Positions 29,342 to 39,184 of a stretch of DNA of 64,000 bases are shown here, one piece after another. The DNA lies in NCBI GenBank assembly GCA_963668025.2, contig CAXXTH010000013.1:1-64000 (forward strand). The letters are read 5' to 3'. The first letter of the stretch is position 1. Every line of letters begins with the position of its first letter. This DNA comes from Candidatus Hydrogenedentota bacterium. Its GTDB lineage: Bacteria > Hydrogenedentota > Hydrogenedentia > Hydrogenedentales > SLHB01. A program made the translations under genes and the position numbers. The notes beneath the pieces were generated by a model that saw only the letters and a program-made list of their open reading frames with translations, was not told the origin of the DNA and did no database searches.

Positions 29342-30910
29342 TTATGCAAGCCCTGTTTCAGCAGCCTCTTTGCGTGCATCCAATTCGGCCCGGATGCGGC
29401 GTGCAGTGGCCTCGGTGATGGGGAAGCGCCAAGCGAGATACATCGCCACCAGCAGCATGATGACCGGGATCAGAATAAATAAGAGGCGGAGATTGACAAG
29501 TGTCTGCGCCGTGACGGCCTCTCCATCTTTGTAACCGGCCCATACGAGCATATAGCCCGCCAGGATCGTGATGCATGCGGACGACGCTTTGGTGATGAAG
29601 GTATACGCCGCGCCGAACATGCCTTCACGGCGCATGCCGTTGCGCAATTCATCCTCGTCGCAAATATCGGCCAGTATCGAGCCATTCAGCACCCACACGG
29701 TCATGAGGCCTGGCTGTAGCAAAATCATGAAAATGATTTGCAGCCAAGGGTATTGCGGTGTGAACAGCCACCAGGTGGCGAGGTATCCTACGATGGCGAT
29801 GAGCAAGCCGCATATAATGGTCATCTTCTTGCCGATGACGCGCGATGCCAGCGCCACCAAGGGGGCCGAAAAGATGCAGGCAATGGCTTGAACCATGCCG
29901 ACCCATCCGCCCCAAAACGCGCCAGCCTCCTTGTCTCCATCACAAATATAGTAAATGTTAATATAGAGGTTCATCGGACCCGCCACCATCACCGCGAGCA
30001 ATATGAGGACTACTACGCCGGTGATTATTCTAAATGGCATATTTTCGAGTGTCATCCACGCTGCTTTGATTAGGCCGAGCTTGGGTTGCTCCATGCCTTC
30101 CGCGCGCTCACGGTTCATGAATGCGGAAGGAAGCGCGGTAGCGAGGATTATCACGCCCGCCAGCACCCCCACCCAGCGCACCCCGATGATTTCATTTTTT
30201 TCTGGCCCGGCGAAGATAGGATGGAAAGCGAGTTTATAGAACCAAGGGAAGATGAATCCGGCTGAACCGGCAAGCACGGCATTAATGGCGAAAAGGGTGG
30301 TGCGTTCGTGGTAGTCCGTGCTCAGTTCATACCCCAAGGCGGCGCGGGGGACGGCGAAGATGGTATATGCGGCATAATATACGAGTGAAAAGAGCAGGAA
30401 ATACAAGAAGATTCCGATGTCGCCAAAGCCGCGAGGCGGCATCCAAATAAGCGCAAATGAAAAAGCGCATAGGATGGCCCCTATAAAGATGTAGGGGCGG
30501 CGGCGCCCCCAGCGGGTGCGGGTGTTATCGGATATATTGCCCATGATCGGATCGGTGATGGCGTCGAAGATTCGGGGGATGGCTAAGGCGTAGCCGATCA
30601 GAATGGGACTTAGGCCCAGACTTATATTGTAGATGGGCAATGCCAGGGCGTTGATGCCATTGGTCATGAACTGGTCCGCGATGCTCCCCGCGGCCCAACT
30701 GAGCTTTTGCGAAAGAGGAACTTGGGCATGCGGCTTAGGTGTGGATTCGCTGGGAATCTCAATGGGTATTACGGAGGATTCACACGCTTCAGGGCCGCTC
30801 ACTGGTTCGCTTCTCCTTGCGTTATTCCGTGCGGGCTCGACAGCGCCCCGCATGGAGCTTTGCTGCTGAATAGCAGCATCATTGTCCATATTTGAGATTC
30901 CAGACGCCAT
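29342..30910 (-). CDS. MFS glycoside-pentoside-hexuronide (GPH):cation symporter
   Basis: RIFDAITDPIMGNISDNTRTRWGRRRPY, ELSTDYHERT, ADICDEDEL..G.RREG. About 12 TM segments. Confidence 0.93.
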   Translation of the reverse strand: MASGISNMDNDAAIQQQSSMRGAVEPARNNARRSEPVSGPEACESSVIPIEIPSESTPKPHAQVPLSQKLSWAAGSIADQFMTNGINALALPIYNISLGLSPILIGYALAIPRIFDAITDPIMGNISDNTRTRWGRRRPYIFIGAILCAFSFALIWMPPRGFGDIGIFLYFLLFSLVYYAAYTIFAVPRAALGYELSTDYHERTTLFAINAVLAGSAGFIFPWFYKLAFHPIFAGPEKNEIIGVRWVGVLAGVIILATALPSAFMNRERAEGMEQPKLGLIKAAWMTLENMPFRIITGVVVLILLAVMVAGPMNLYINIYYICDGDKEAGAFWGGWVGMVQAIACIFSAPLVALASRVIGKKMTIICGLLIAIVGYLATWWLFTPQYPWLQIIFMILLQPGLMTVWVLNGSILADICDEDELRNGMRREGMFGAAYTFITKASSACITILAGYMLVWAGYKDGEAVTAQTLVNLRLLFILIPVIMLLVAMYLAWRFPITEATARRIRAELDARKEAAETGLA

Positions 30911-31213
30911 AACAATCTGTTTTGATGCTAGTACGATCTAGCTTGAACTATGCAATTGAGGCAACAGGTAATTACCATCATAGATGCTAATTTTGTGCTA
31001 GTTCTTGCCATATCGTTAAGGCGCGTTTGCTCCCGCCACGATATGATGAGGATTGCCACGGGCCGAAAAGAAGCGTAGTGGGCCTTATTGAGGGAGGTAA
31101 GCAGAAAGCCTTGGATGGCATGCAGGCCTGGCTCGCGTGCAATAGGCTGGCGCGTGTAGTGTGTTTACTTTTTGGCGATTGTGAGAACCAGTAACGAGGG
31201 AAAGGAAGCAATC

Positions 31214-32659
31214 ATGTGTAGAAAAGTCATGTACATGCTGGCGATAGCGCTATGGATCAGCGCGGCCGCGCCGGTGTGGGCGGAAGAGGGTGTTAATGAA
31301 TGGTCCTTCAATACAGACGGATATTATGTGGATGGCGATTACCGAGCGGTGGACGGTTGGAATTCCGACTGGAACAACGTAACTAAAGATTCTTTCACGG
31401 CCTCTGGTGGATATCTTACTTATGAGTTGACCGGCCTCGGCCAGCATATCGTGAATCGCTGGGGATGCAGCATCGATGCGAGCGTCAACCGCTGGCTGGT
31501 GCTGGATATTGGCCTTGCCGCATCATCGCCTGCCGGATCCGGTTCATCCACAAACGCGCTTAAGTTCAATTTCCTGTGGGGGCGTGAAGAAGATGGTTCG
31601 CCCGCCAATGGCTGCCAGCTTGCTGTCGAGGCGAATGCAGGGGTCAATCGGATTGTAGTCGATCTGTTAGCGGCCACCACTGCGGGGTATTGCAGTTCGT
31701 GGGGCGCGCAATGGGGCGGCACGGTCACCATTCTGCGTTTCGACCTTCCGGCATGGAACCAGGGCCTAAATGGAACGGTGAAGATCGATTACGTCGGTAT
31801 CTTGCCGGATAATCCAGGTTATGAATGGGATTTCGATGAAGATGGCAAGGAAGCATGGTCTGAGACCTGGGACGCAGGCGCGGTGGTGTCCGCCTCTAGC
31901 GGGAATCTCGTAATCGATTTTGCGGATATCGCGGGCTTCAATCCTTTGGTTCGCAATCTGTACAACAATGTGGACGGCCTTCCGTATGATTTCGTAAATA
32001 ACGCGTATGAGAATGCCTGGTTTAATCCGATGCAAGTGATCATCAATCCGGAGCAGCACCGGTATTGGCGCTTTGACATCGATATGGACCACGCCACGAA
32101 TGATCCAGTTCCGTTTAATGCGAATTTCCAGATGCAAAATGACGATTTGGGTGGGGCCACATTTAACGTGACGCCCAATGTAGGTAAAAAGACCTATATC
32201 GTCGATATGGCCAATTCAGCGAATATTTATCCCGAGGGCGGCTCGGCCGCATGGGCGGGCGGATATGGCGCGATCAAAGTGTTGCGCATCGAGCCGTGTG
32301 AAAACTTAGATTATGCCGCATGCGCTGTTTCCGAAGTGCGGATAGACTATATGTCCCTCACGGATGGTTCCGGTGATGCGGACAGCGATGGATTGGGCGA
32401 CGCGGACGAATTGGGTGCCAACACGGATCCGGGCAATCCCGACACGGATGGCGATGGCCTGAATGATGGCGACGAAGCTGCTGTTGGTTCCGATCCGTTG
32501 GATGAAGATACGGACGACGACGGATTACTGGATGGCGTGGATCCCAATCCGCTCGTGCCAGGTGGCCAAGAGGATGTCCCCGTGGCGGGCGTCTTCGCGC
32601 TGGCGTTGCTGGGCGCTGCCATGATGGCGGGCGCCGTGGTTAAGACGGTCAAAAAATAA
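31214..32659 (+). CDS. Surface-anchored protein: two CBM-like beta-sandwich repeats, Ca-binding DxDxDG repeats, VPVAG-TM-K sorting tail
   Basis: Signal peptide. Repeated EWxF..DG...W.G....LR.[DE]...V[KR]IDY unit. DADSDGL/DTDGDGL/DTDDDGL repeats. Hydrophobic tail ending KTVKK. Confidence 0.8.
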   Translation: MCRKVMYMLAIALWISAAAPVWAEEGVNEWSFNTDGYYVDGDYRAVDGWNSDWNNVTKDSFTASGGYLTYELTGLGQHIVNRWGCSIDASVNRWLVLDIGLAASSPAGSGSSTNALKFNFLWGREEDGSPANGCQLAVEANAGVNRIVVDLLAATTAGYCSSWGAQWGGTVTILRFDLPAWNQGLNGTVKIDYVGILPDNPGYEWDFDEDGKEAWSETWDAGAVVSASSGNLVIDFADIAGFNPLVRNLYNNVDGLPYDFVNNAYENAWFNPMQVIINPEQHRYWRFDIDMDHATNDPVPFNANFQMQNDDLGGATFNVTPNVGKKTYIVDMANSANIYPEGGSAAWAGGYGAIKVLRIEPCENLDYAACAVSEVRIDYMSLTDGSGDADSDGLGDADELGANTDPGNPDTDGDGLNDGDEAAVGSDPLDEDTDDDGLLDGVDPNPLVPGGQEDVPVAGVFALALLGAAMMAGAVVKTVKK

Positions 32660-32682
32660 GGACGCATTTCGTTTGTTGGTGG

Positions 32683-32707
32683 CGCGGCTGGAATAAATCT
32701 AGCCGCG
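32683..32707. terminator. Hairpin between convergent genes
   Basis: CGCGGCT...AGCCGCG stem between the 32659 and 32708 stop codons. Confidence 0.55.
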
Positions 32708-33679
32708 TCACCATTTTATTTCGGTGGGAGTTTCTGCTTCCGCTTGTTCGAGGGAAAAGCCTTGAGGGCGTAAAGGCTGTCCCAGCAAGCGCATTTGCTC
32801 GCGGTAGTCACTGGGAGTCATCTGCATAATCCGGCGGAATTGTCGAGCGAAATAATTGCTGTCCGAAAAACCTACGGCCATGGCTGCGTCGGTGATGGAA
32901 GCGGATTCGTCGCGCAGCATCTCGATGGCGCGAGAGATGCGCACGCGCAGCAAGTATTCAATGGGCGATAGTCCTGTGGCCTCGCGGAAATTCTTGAGCA
33001 GCGCGCTGGCGGAGAGGTGGGCGATTTCTTGCAACTCTCTTAGTTCAATGGTTTCCGCGTAATTTGTTTCGATGTAGCTGATGACGCTGGCCATGCGCAT
33101 CAGGCTCCGGCTTCGCGGATGCGTCGCGTGGGAATAACACCGGCAGAGATAGCTGACCGCTTGCATGAATAGCGCGATGACCGTGTATTCATACCCGGGC
33201 AGTTCTTCTTCCAGTTCTCCCTCGATTACGCGAATCAACGACATGATATGGGTTAATTCATCGGGATTGAGATGCAGGCGGCTTTCAAACTTATGCTTGC
33301 GCCGGTATTTAGGCTCCAAGCTGAATAGTACGTGGTAGCCGGATAATTTTCGTACATGGTCAGTCTGAACAAGGATGCGTTCGGCGTCAAAACAGATATT
33401 GCGCAAACAAAGGCCTTCCAGGTCTTTATATCCATGGCGCAGGTTGCCCGTGATGACAAACACATCACCGGCGCGAACGCGGTATTCTTCTTCTTCGGTG
33501 AAATGGACGCCTTCACCGCGATATATCACGGTCAGTTCGGAGAAGCCGCGATGCATATGAAGCGGGTGAGGCGTTTGGGGATCGGCATAACGTACGCCGA
33601 AAGGAAAATCCGCATTGGGAAACACGTCGGGCGGAGTCCAAACGTCTTTTGGATCTATCATGCGTTGCTGGAGCGTCAT
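32708..33679 (-). CDS. AraC family regulator (RhaS/RhaR-like)
   Basis: Cupin LHMH..FSEL..GEGVH and double HTH FREATGLSP.EYL...VGFSDSNYFARQF..TPSDYR. GAGGAG RBS before ATG 33679. Confidence 0.93.
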   Translation of the reverse strand: MTLQQRMIDPKDVWTPPDVFPNADFPFGVRYADPQTPHPLHMHRGFSELTVIYRGEGVHFTEEEEYRVRAGDVFVITGNLRHGYKDLEGLCLRNICFDAERILVQTDHVRKLSGYHVLFSLEPKYRRKHKFESRLHLNPDELTHIMSLIRVIEGELEEELPGYEYTVIALFMQAVSYLCRCYSHATHPRSRSLMRMASVISYIETNYAETIELRELQEIAHLSASALLKNFREATGLSPIEYLLRVRISRAIEMLRDESASITDAAMAVGFSDSNYFARQFRRIMQMTPSDYREQMRLLGQPLRPQGFSLEQAEAETPTEIKW

Positions 33680-33880
33680 GCAGGATTGCTCCTCGAGCTT
33701 GCTTATATGCAAAGGAAAACAGCCATACCCATGCCGCGACAATATTATGCTAAATCTCGGTAAGATAATCAAGGCATTCTATTTTGATTTAAGGCAAAAT
33801 AAGGACATTAAAGGCATAGTGGAAGAAAGTGAAATCGTCTTTGCACTCTAACTTCCAACATTACAGAGGAGCCAAACAAA

Positions 33881-34963
33881 ATGAGACATGTGAAGAGAAG
33901 GGGATTCACCCTAATCGAACTGCTTGTCGTCATCGCCATTATCGCGATTCTGGCGGCAATCTTGCTTCCGGCTCTGGCGCGTGCTCGAGAGGCCGCCCGG
34001 CGGGCTTCTTGCCAGAGCAATCTGAAGCAATGGGGCATCATCTTCAAAATGTATGCGGGAGAAAATAGAGACCAGTTTCCGCCCGGAATTGGCTACATCC
34101 CCAGCAGCACCTCGAAAGTGTTTAGTGGCATGCGCGGAGTCGGCGGGCATGCGCTCTATCCGGATTATTGGAATGATGTGAGCATCTCGATATGCCCGTC
34201 GGATTCGCGTGCGGATTATGATCCGTGGGGCACGCTGGGCGAAGGATTTGGAGTGGAAGAGGACTATTCGGCCCAGATCCAGCGGCTCGCGAAATTGGCC
34301 TCGGAAGATGGACGCAAGGAATGCTTGAACGCGTATCTGTCTATTCCCGCTTCCTATGTATATACGCCCTATGCGGTCCGGACGGCCATGCAATTCGTCG
34401 ATACGTCCATGATTTGTTTCTACTGGTGGGCGAATGGCGATACGGCGCAGTCCGGGAGCAATGTGCCTCCGTATTTCGAGGATGTGGGCTGCAAGTTTGG
34501 TGTGTGGGTGACGAAGGTAATCAATAAGGAGCCGATTGATTCCAAACTAGCGAAGAGTCTGGGATTAGATCGCACCAACCTAATTGATGATGGCGACACC
34601 AAGCTGCCCGATTCCTATTCAACGCTGCGCGAAGGTGTCGAGCGGTTCTTTATCACCGATATTAATAATCCCGCGAGCGGCACTTCGGGCCAGAGCCAGT
34701 TATTCGTTATGTGGGACGCGTGGGCGCAAAACGCCCAAGCAGGCGATACGCCGCCCAACATGTATCCCTCCTGGATTGTGAATAATCTGCCGCCAAGCTC
34801 TATTTCCCTATTCAACCATGTGCCAGGCGGTTCGAATGTCCTGTATATGGATGGCCATGTGGAATTTGTGCGCCTGAACACCAAAGCCCCGATCACGACA
34901 GAAGCGGGCGGTGAGACGCGCGCGCTGGGCTGGTGGATGTATCTGTACGGCGGATATGGTTGA
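33881..34963 (+). CDS. Prepilin-type N-terminal cleavage/methylation protein (DUF1559, H-X9-DG domain)
   Basis: RG|[57 protein letters not shown]. Confidence 0.95.
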   Translation: MRHVKRRGFTLIELLVVIAIIAILAAILLPALARAREAARRASCQSNLKQWGIIFKMYAGENRDQFPPGIGYIPSSTSKVFSGMRGVGGHALYPDYWNDVSISICPSDSRADYDPWGTLGEGFGVEEDYSAQIQRLAKLASEDGRKECLNAYLSIPASYVYTPYAVRTAMQFVDTSMICFYWWANGDTAQSGSNVPPYFEDVGCKFGVWVTKVINKEPIDSKLAKSLGLDRTNLIDDGDTKLPDSYSTLREGVERFFITDINNPASGTSGQSQLFVMWDAWAQNAQAGDTPPNMYPSWIVNNLPPSSISLFNHVPGGSNVLYMDGHVEFVRLNTKAPITTEAGGETRALGWWMYLYGGYG

Positions 34964-35001
34964 GCGCTTGTTTTGGTAAAGAAATCCTCACTTTTAGTGT
35001 C

Positions 35002-35029
35002 CGGCGCGGTTCAAAGAGGAACCGCGCCG
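35002..35029 (+). terminator. Strong hairpin after the DUF1559 gene
   Basis: CGGCGCGGTTC-AAAGAG-GAACCGCGCCG perfect 11-bp stem, no U-tract. Confidence 0.6.
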
Positions 35030-35126
35030 CATATCATGAAGAGCAAGGGCGTCCACAAGAGCAACACCTGATGTCGAGAGTGTAAATATAAGCTAAGTTT
35101 TACCTAATGCAGGAGATACGCTAATC

Positions 35127-37082
35127 ATGGCGATTACGAGACAGGGAACTGGAGCGGCTGAGGTGCTGGCCACGAAGAGTTCCGCGTGCGCATTGAGCAT
35201 GGAATATTCCACCTATCTCGATAAAGTGTATGGCGGGTGGCTGGGAAAATGCATTGGCGGAACTATCGGAGCTCGCTTTGAGGGCGTAAAATCTTGGATC
35301 GAACTAGATCCGGATGCGTTGTTTCCTGAAGTTATTCCGCCGAACGATGATCTCGATTTACAGGTGCTTTGGCTGGGAGTTCTCGAAAAGAAGGGGATGC
35401 ACCTTTCGGCGGATGATTTGGCGCAAGCGTGGGTGGAACTCTGCTGGTATCCGTTCTGCGAATATGGCATTTTCCGGCGCAACTGGCGTTTGGGGATTCA
35501 TCCGCCCATGTCGGGCCGGTTCAACAACCAGTTCTGGGAACACGGTATGGGATGTCCCATCCGCTCAGAGATCTGGGGCTATGTGTTTCCGGGCCGTCCG
35601 GAGCAAGCGGTTCGGTTTGCGGGCATGGACGGAAGCCTCGATCATACCGGACAATCCATCGCCGTGGAGAAAATGCTCGCGGCAATGGCTTCCATGGCCT
35701 TCTATCGGAACGATTTACGAGCGCTCATTGAGGCGAATCTAGCTATTCTTCCCGCAGGCTCGCCCATAGAACGCCAGGTGCAAACCGCCCTGCAAGCCTA
35801 CGATGAAGGCCTCAGCCTGTATATGGCGCGTGAACGGGTAGTGGCTTTAGGCGGCTTCCCGGAAGCCTGCGATATTCTGATCAATGTGCCTATTATTATC
35901 CTCGCGTTGCTGTATGGCAAGGGTGATCTGAAAGAAACCATCCTCGCGGCGTTGCGATGCGGCTACGACACGGATTGCACCATGGCCACCGCAGGCGCTT
36001 TTGTGGGCCAGGTGCTCGGGGCGCAAGGCATTTCCGCGGATTTGCGGGACGCCATTGGCGATGAACTCGTGATGGGTATCGAGTATCGCCGGGAGGATAT
36101 GACGATTTCCGGATTGGCGCGCGATACGGCGCGTATGGGAGTGCTGCTTGCAGCGGATAGCGATATTGCCATCGAGGACGCCCCGGAATTTGCTCCATTA
36201 CCCCTTTCGGCATCTCCAAGGAAAACCCATTTGACTGTTGAGTATGCCGGTTTGCCCTGCGCGGCGCCAGGCGATGCGGCCGCCATCCGCGTGAACGTGG
36301 AAGGCAGCATGCCGCATACCTCATCCACCATACGCATTGAAACTCCGGAAGGATGGGATGTCTCGCCGCGTGAAATGCAAGTTGATCCTTTGATGCGGAA
36401 ATATGAATTCATGCTGCATGCTCCACATGGGGTAAAGGCATGGCCCCGGCGGAATCTGTTCCGCGTGCTCCTAGGCGATACCGCTTTACAGACTACTTTT
36501 GGCGTGGCGGGAGCGGGATTATGGTATGCATTGGGCGCGTATTTTCATCTTGAAGCGCCTGAAGATGTGCCTGACCGTCTGCAACGGGCCTGGCACCACC
36601 ATTTCGCCTCGATTGATCATCCCTATCTGCCGGAACCGGAGTTTGATATCGAGTCGTTGTACGAGACCTTTTCACGTAAAATCGGCAAACCCGCCATGCT
36701 CGCATCTTATGAACATGAAATTGAGCTTGACCAATTGATCGGACTGCGCGGGCCGTATTGTGCTTATCTGGCGCGGACCATCATTGCGAAACGCCCGCAC
36801 CAAACCCATATCGTCATTGGCAACACGGACAGCTTCCGCTTATTCCTCAATGGTGAGTACGTAGGGGAGAGGGATGAGCACATCTGGTGGACCCCGCAAA
36901 ACAATTCCTATCTCGTTTCGTTGAAAGAAGGGCCAAACCTGCTGGTCGTCAAACTGCTCAAGCAAGACAGCCGCGATTTTCGGTTCACGCTGGGATTCCG
37001 GCCCGATGAAGGGCTTCACCGGGAGCGCGGCCAGCATTTTGTGGACTGGGATGTGGAATTGAGTGATGGCGTCATGTTTTAA
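35127..37082 (+). CDS. ADP-ribosylglycohydrolase family protein with C-terminal beta-sandwich domains
   Basis: YLDKVYGGWLGKCIGG, PNDDLD, GCPIRSEIW, GYDTDC..ATAG. C-terminal TDSFRLFLNG...LKEGPNLLVVKL. Confidence 0.88.
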   Translation: MAITRQGTGAAEVLATKSSACALSMEYSTYLDKVYGGWLGKCIGGTIGARFEGVKSWIELDPDALFPEVIPPNDDLDLQVLWLGVLEKKGMHLSADDLAQAWVELCWYPFCEYGIFRRNWRLGIHPPMSGRFNNQFWEHGMGCPIRSEIWGYVFPGRPEQAVRFAGMDGSLDHTGQSIAVEKMLAAMASMAFYRNDLRALIEANLAILPAGSPIERQVQTALQAYDEGLSLYMARERVVALGGFPEACDILINVPIIILALLYGKGDLKETILAALRCGYDTDCTMATAGAFVGQVLGAQGISADLRDAIGDELVMGIEYRREDMTISGLARDTARMGVLLAADSDIAIEDAPEFAPLPLSASPRKTHLTVEYAGLPCAAPGDAAAIRVNVEGSMPHTSSTIRIETPEGWDVSPREMQVDPLMRKYEFMLHAPHGVKAWPRRNLFRVLLGDTALQTTFGVAGAGLWYALGAYFHLEAPEDVPDRLQRAWHHHFASIDHPYLPEPEFDIESLYETFSRKIGKPAMLASYEHEIELDQLIGLRGPYCAYLARTIIAKRPHQTHIVIGNTDSFRLFLNGEYVGERDEHIWWTPQNNSYLVSLKEGPNLLVVKLLKQDSRDFRFTLGFRPDEGLHRERGQHFVDWDVELSDGVMF

Positions 37083-37179
37083 CCGGCCTATGCGGCGGAT
37101 GGCGTCATGCGTGGCTGTGATGTACAGCTTGTACGCCAGGCTATAGATTGTATATTCTGGCTGTGGAGACAAGCATGAC

Positions 37180-38160
37180 ATGACAGCCAGAGATGAAGGC
37201 GTGATTCCACAAGATCCTCCACCCCGGCTTGGCCAGGCCTCATGCCCGTGTTGCATGGTGGGGCAGGCGTGGCCGGAAGCGCGCACAGAACCGTTTGCTA
37301 CGCTGCGCGCCCTTGAAAATCAATATGCTGAAGGCTTTTTCGAGGGATTCCAGATATCTGATTGCCCGCATGTGGAAGAGCGCCGGGCGATTGGCGCGTT
37401 CGTGCGGGCCTCAGGGGTGTCGATTGATTATAGCTTGGGACAGCGCTTTTATGCGGAAGGCTGGCGCTTGGCCACCGAAAGCGCATCGGAACGCGCCTGG
37501 ATATTAAACGCCTTGCGCATGCACTTCGATGAAGCGCGGGAAGTGGGCGCGCAATATGTGCTGATTTTGAGCGGCCCGGGGCCGGAACGCGCGGAAGAGC
37601 GTCCCGCGGCGCTGGCCGCTTTAGGGCGTATGCTTGAAGTCCTAGACGCGGAGGCTGCCAGGGAGCCTGCTCTGTCCGTACTTATCGAGCCGCTGGATGT
37701 CGCCAGCCACAAGCGCGGTGCGCTGGGTTATACCCACGAGGCGATGGAGCTTCTAGCGGGCTTGCGTCAGTTCGAGCTTGTGTTCGATACGGCGCATGTG
37801 GTGCTTAACGGCGAAGACCTAGATGCGTCGTTTAACCAAGCCCTGCCCCGGATAGGCGAATTGCATTTATGCAACTGCGTGGCGGACCCATCCAACCCGG
37901 AATATGGCGACTGGCATCCCCTATGGGGGCCGCCAGGCTGGCTTACGCTGGACCGCGCCGCAGCCGTGATGTGCCGGGCATGGGAGTTAGGGTATTTGCG
38001 CCCGGGAGGGGCTTCGCGGATCGCATTGGAAGCCAAGCGCCCGGAAGGCATGCCGGGCGCTTGGCTGGCTGCATATAGCCGCACGCAGCTCGAAGGCGCT
38101 TGGGCGCTGGCCCGCGCCAGCTTGTGCGAACCTCACGGCGTTTCGCTACGCTCAACCTAG
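37180..38160 (+). CDS. Sugar phosphate isomerase/epimerase (xylose isomerase-like TIM barrel)
   Basis: LIEPLD, FDTAH, ELHLCN, D.HP, IALE metal ligands. True start uncertain. Confidence 0.8.
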   Translation: MTARDEGVIPQDPPPRLGQASCPCCMVGQAWPEARTEPFATLRALENQYAEGFFEGFQISDCPHVEERRAIGAFVRASGVSIDYSLGQRFYAEGWRLATESASERAWILNALRMHFDEAREVGAQYVLILSGPGPERAEERPAALAALGRMLEVLDAEAAREPALSVLIEPLDVASHKRGALGYTHEAMELLAGLRQFELVFDTAHVVLNGEDLDASFNQALPRIGELHLCNCVADPSNPEYGDWHPLWGPPGWLTLDRAAAVMCRAWELGYLRPGGASRIALEAKRPEGMPGAWLAAYSRTQLEGAWALARASLCEPHGVSLRST

Positions 38161-39159
38161 CCCCTGGAATAGGCTTTCTGCATTCTGATGAAAAAAGCGT
38201 TCGGTGAACTCGCGTGGCTTGTCTAGGCGTTCAACCGCTTTCTTAATAGCGCGCAATTCTTCATATAGAAATGACGTGAACACGAGTTTACCCCGGGGAT
38301 CGTGGATGGACAACACCCAAGGCACGGGGGTGACGTACGTGTATTGATCATTGATTTCGATGGATTTGCCGGGGGCTAGGGCAATGGGAATATCACTGCC
38401 GTATAGCAGGCGTTCTTCGGGTAGGTGGCGGAAGGCGTATTCGAGCACTTCCCAGTTATTCAACATGGCGGTGTCGTAATATAAGTTGGGCAATTCAGCA
38501 AGGGCATCGAGCTGGCCCACGATGTTACGCACGTAATAGGCCCGCCCGATATGGGCCAGAATGAAGCGGGCTTTTGGATACCGCCCGCACCATTCCACGA
38601 GCTGGCGCTGGTTGAGCGGATCGGCCAGGCGTTCGCGGCGGGGTATATGGAGCATAACAAGCAGGCCTAGTTCATTTATAACTTCCATGGCCCAAGGTGG
38701 CAGCATTTCCGCGATAGAGGCGTTATTGAGGTCCGCGTGGCGGGTGTAGTCCGGATATGGCTTGATTCCCCAGTACGGTCCTTGCGATAGTTCCGCATGT
38801 AGAGTCTCGGGTGTATCCTCGGCGGGATCCAGAAGCCGTAGCGCTTTCCATCCGAAGCTTGGGCAATTCTTCGCAAGATAATGGTTGTTCCATACACGGT
38901 CATATCCCACGATGGGCAGCCCAAAACATAGCGCCAAGCATTCGCGGCCGGGCAGCATGTCGGCGAAATCTTGCTGCAGTTCTTCCAGCGGATATTGGGT
39001 AATGGGATGGCCGGCGCAACTAAATGGAGCGTCTTCGGGAATCGCGCCTTCTGGCACAGGATGGACATGAACGTCCCAGACGCGCTGGGGCACGAAAGCC
39101 TCTAACTCTTCTTCCCAAATACGCCGGTTGCGTTCCTGCTGAGTGGTTTCTTTCCACAT
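38152..39159 (-). CDS. Amidohydrolase_2 family protein
   Basis: DVHVH, GIKPY, MLH, ILAHIGR, YYDTA, LLYGSD.P. Confidence 0.88.
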   Translation of the reverse strand: MWKETTQQERNRRIWEEELEAFVPQRVWDVHVHPVPEGAIPEDAPFSCAGHPITQYPLEELQQDFADMLPGRECLALCFGLPIVGYDRVWNNHYLAKNCPSFGWKALRLLDPAEDTPETLHAELSQGPYWGIKPYPDYTRHADLNNASIAEMLPPWAMEVINELGLLVMLHIPRRERLADPLNQRQLVEWCGRYPKARFILAHIGRAYYVRNIVGQLDALAELPNLYYDTAMLNNWEVLEYAFRHLPEERLLYGSDIPIALAPGKSIEINDQYTYVTPVPWVLSIHDPRGKLVFTSFLYEELRAIKKAVERLDKPREFTERFFHQNAESLFQGLG

Positions 39160-39184
39160 GGTTCCTATTCTCCTTCGTTTTGTT

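Noticed and set aside
32370-32550. GAY-rich nucleotide repeats
   Set aside because: Explained by the encoded DxDxDG calcium-binding repeats.
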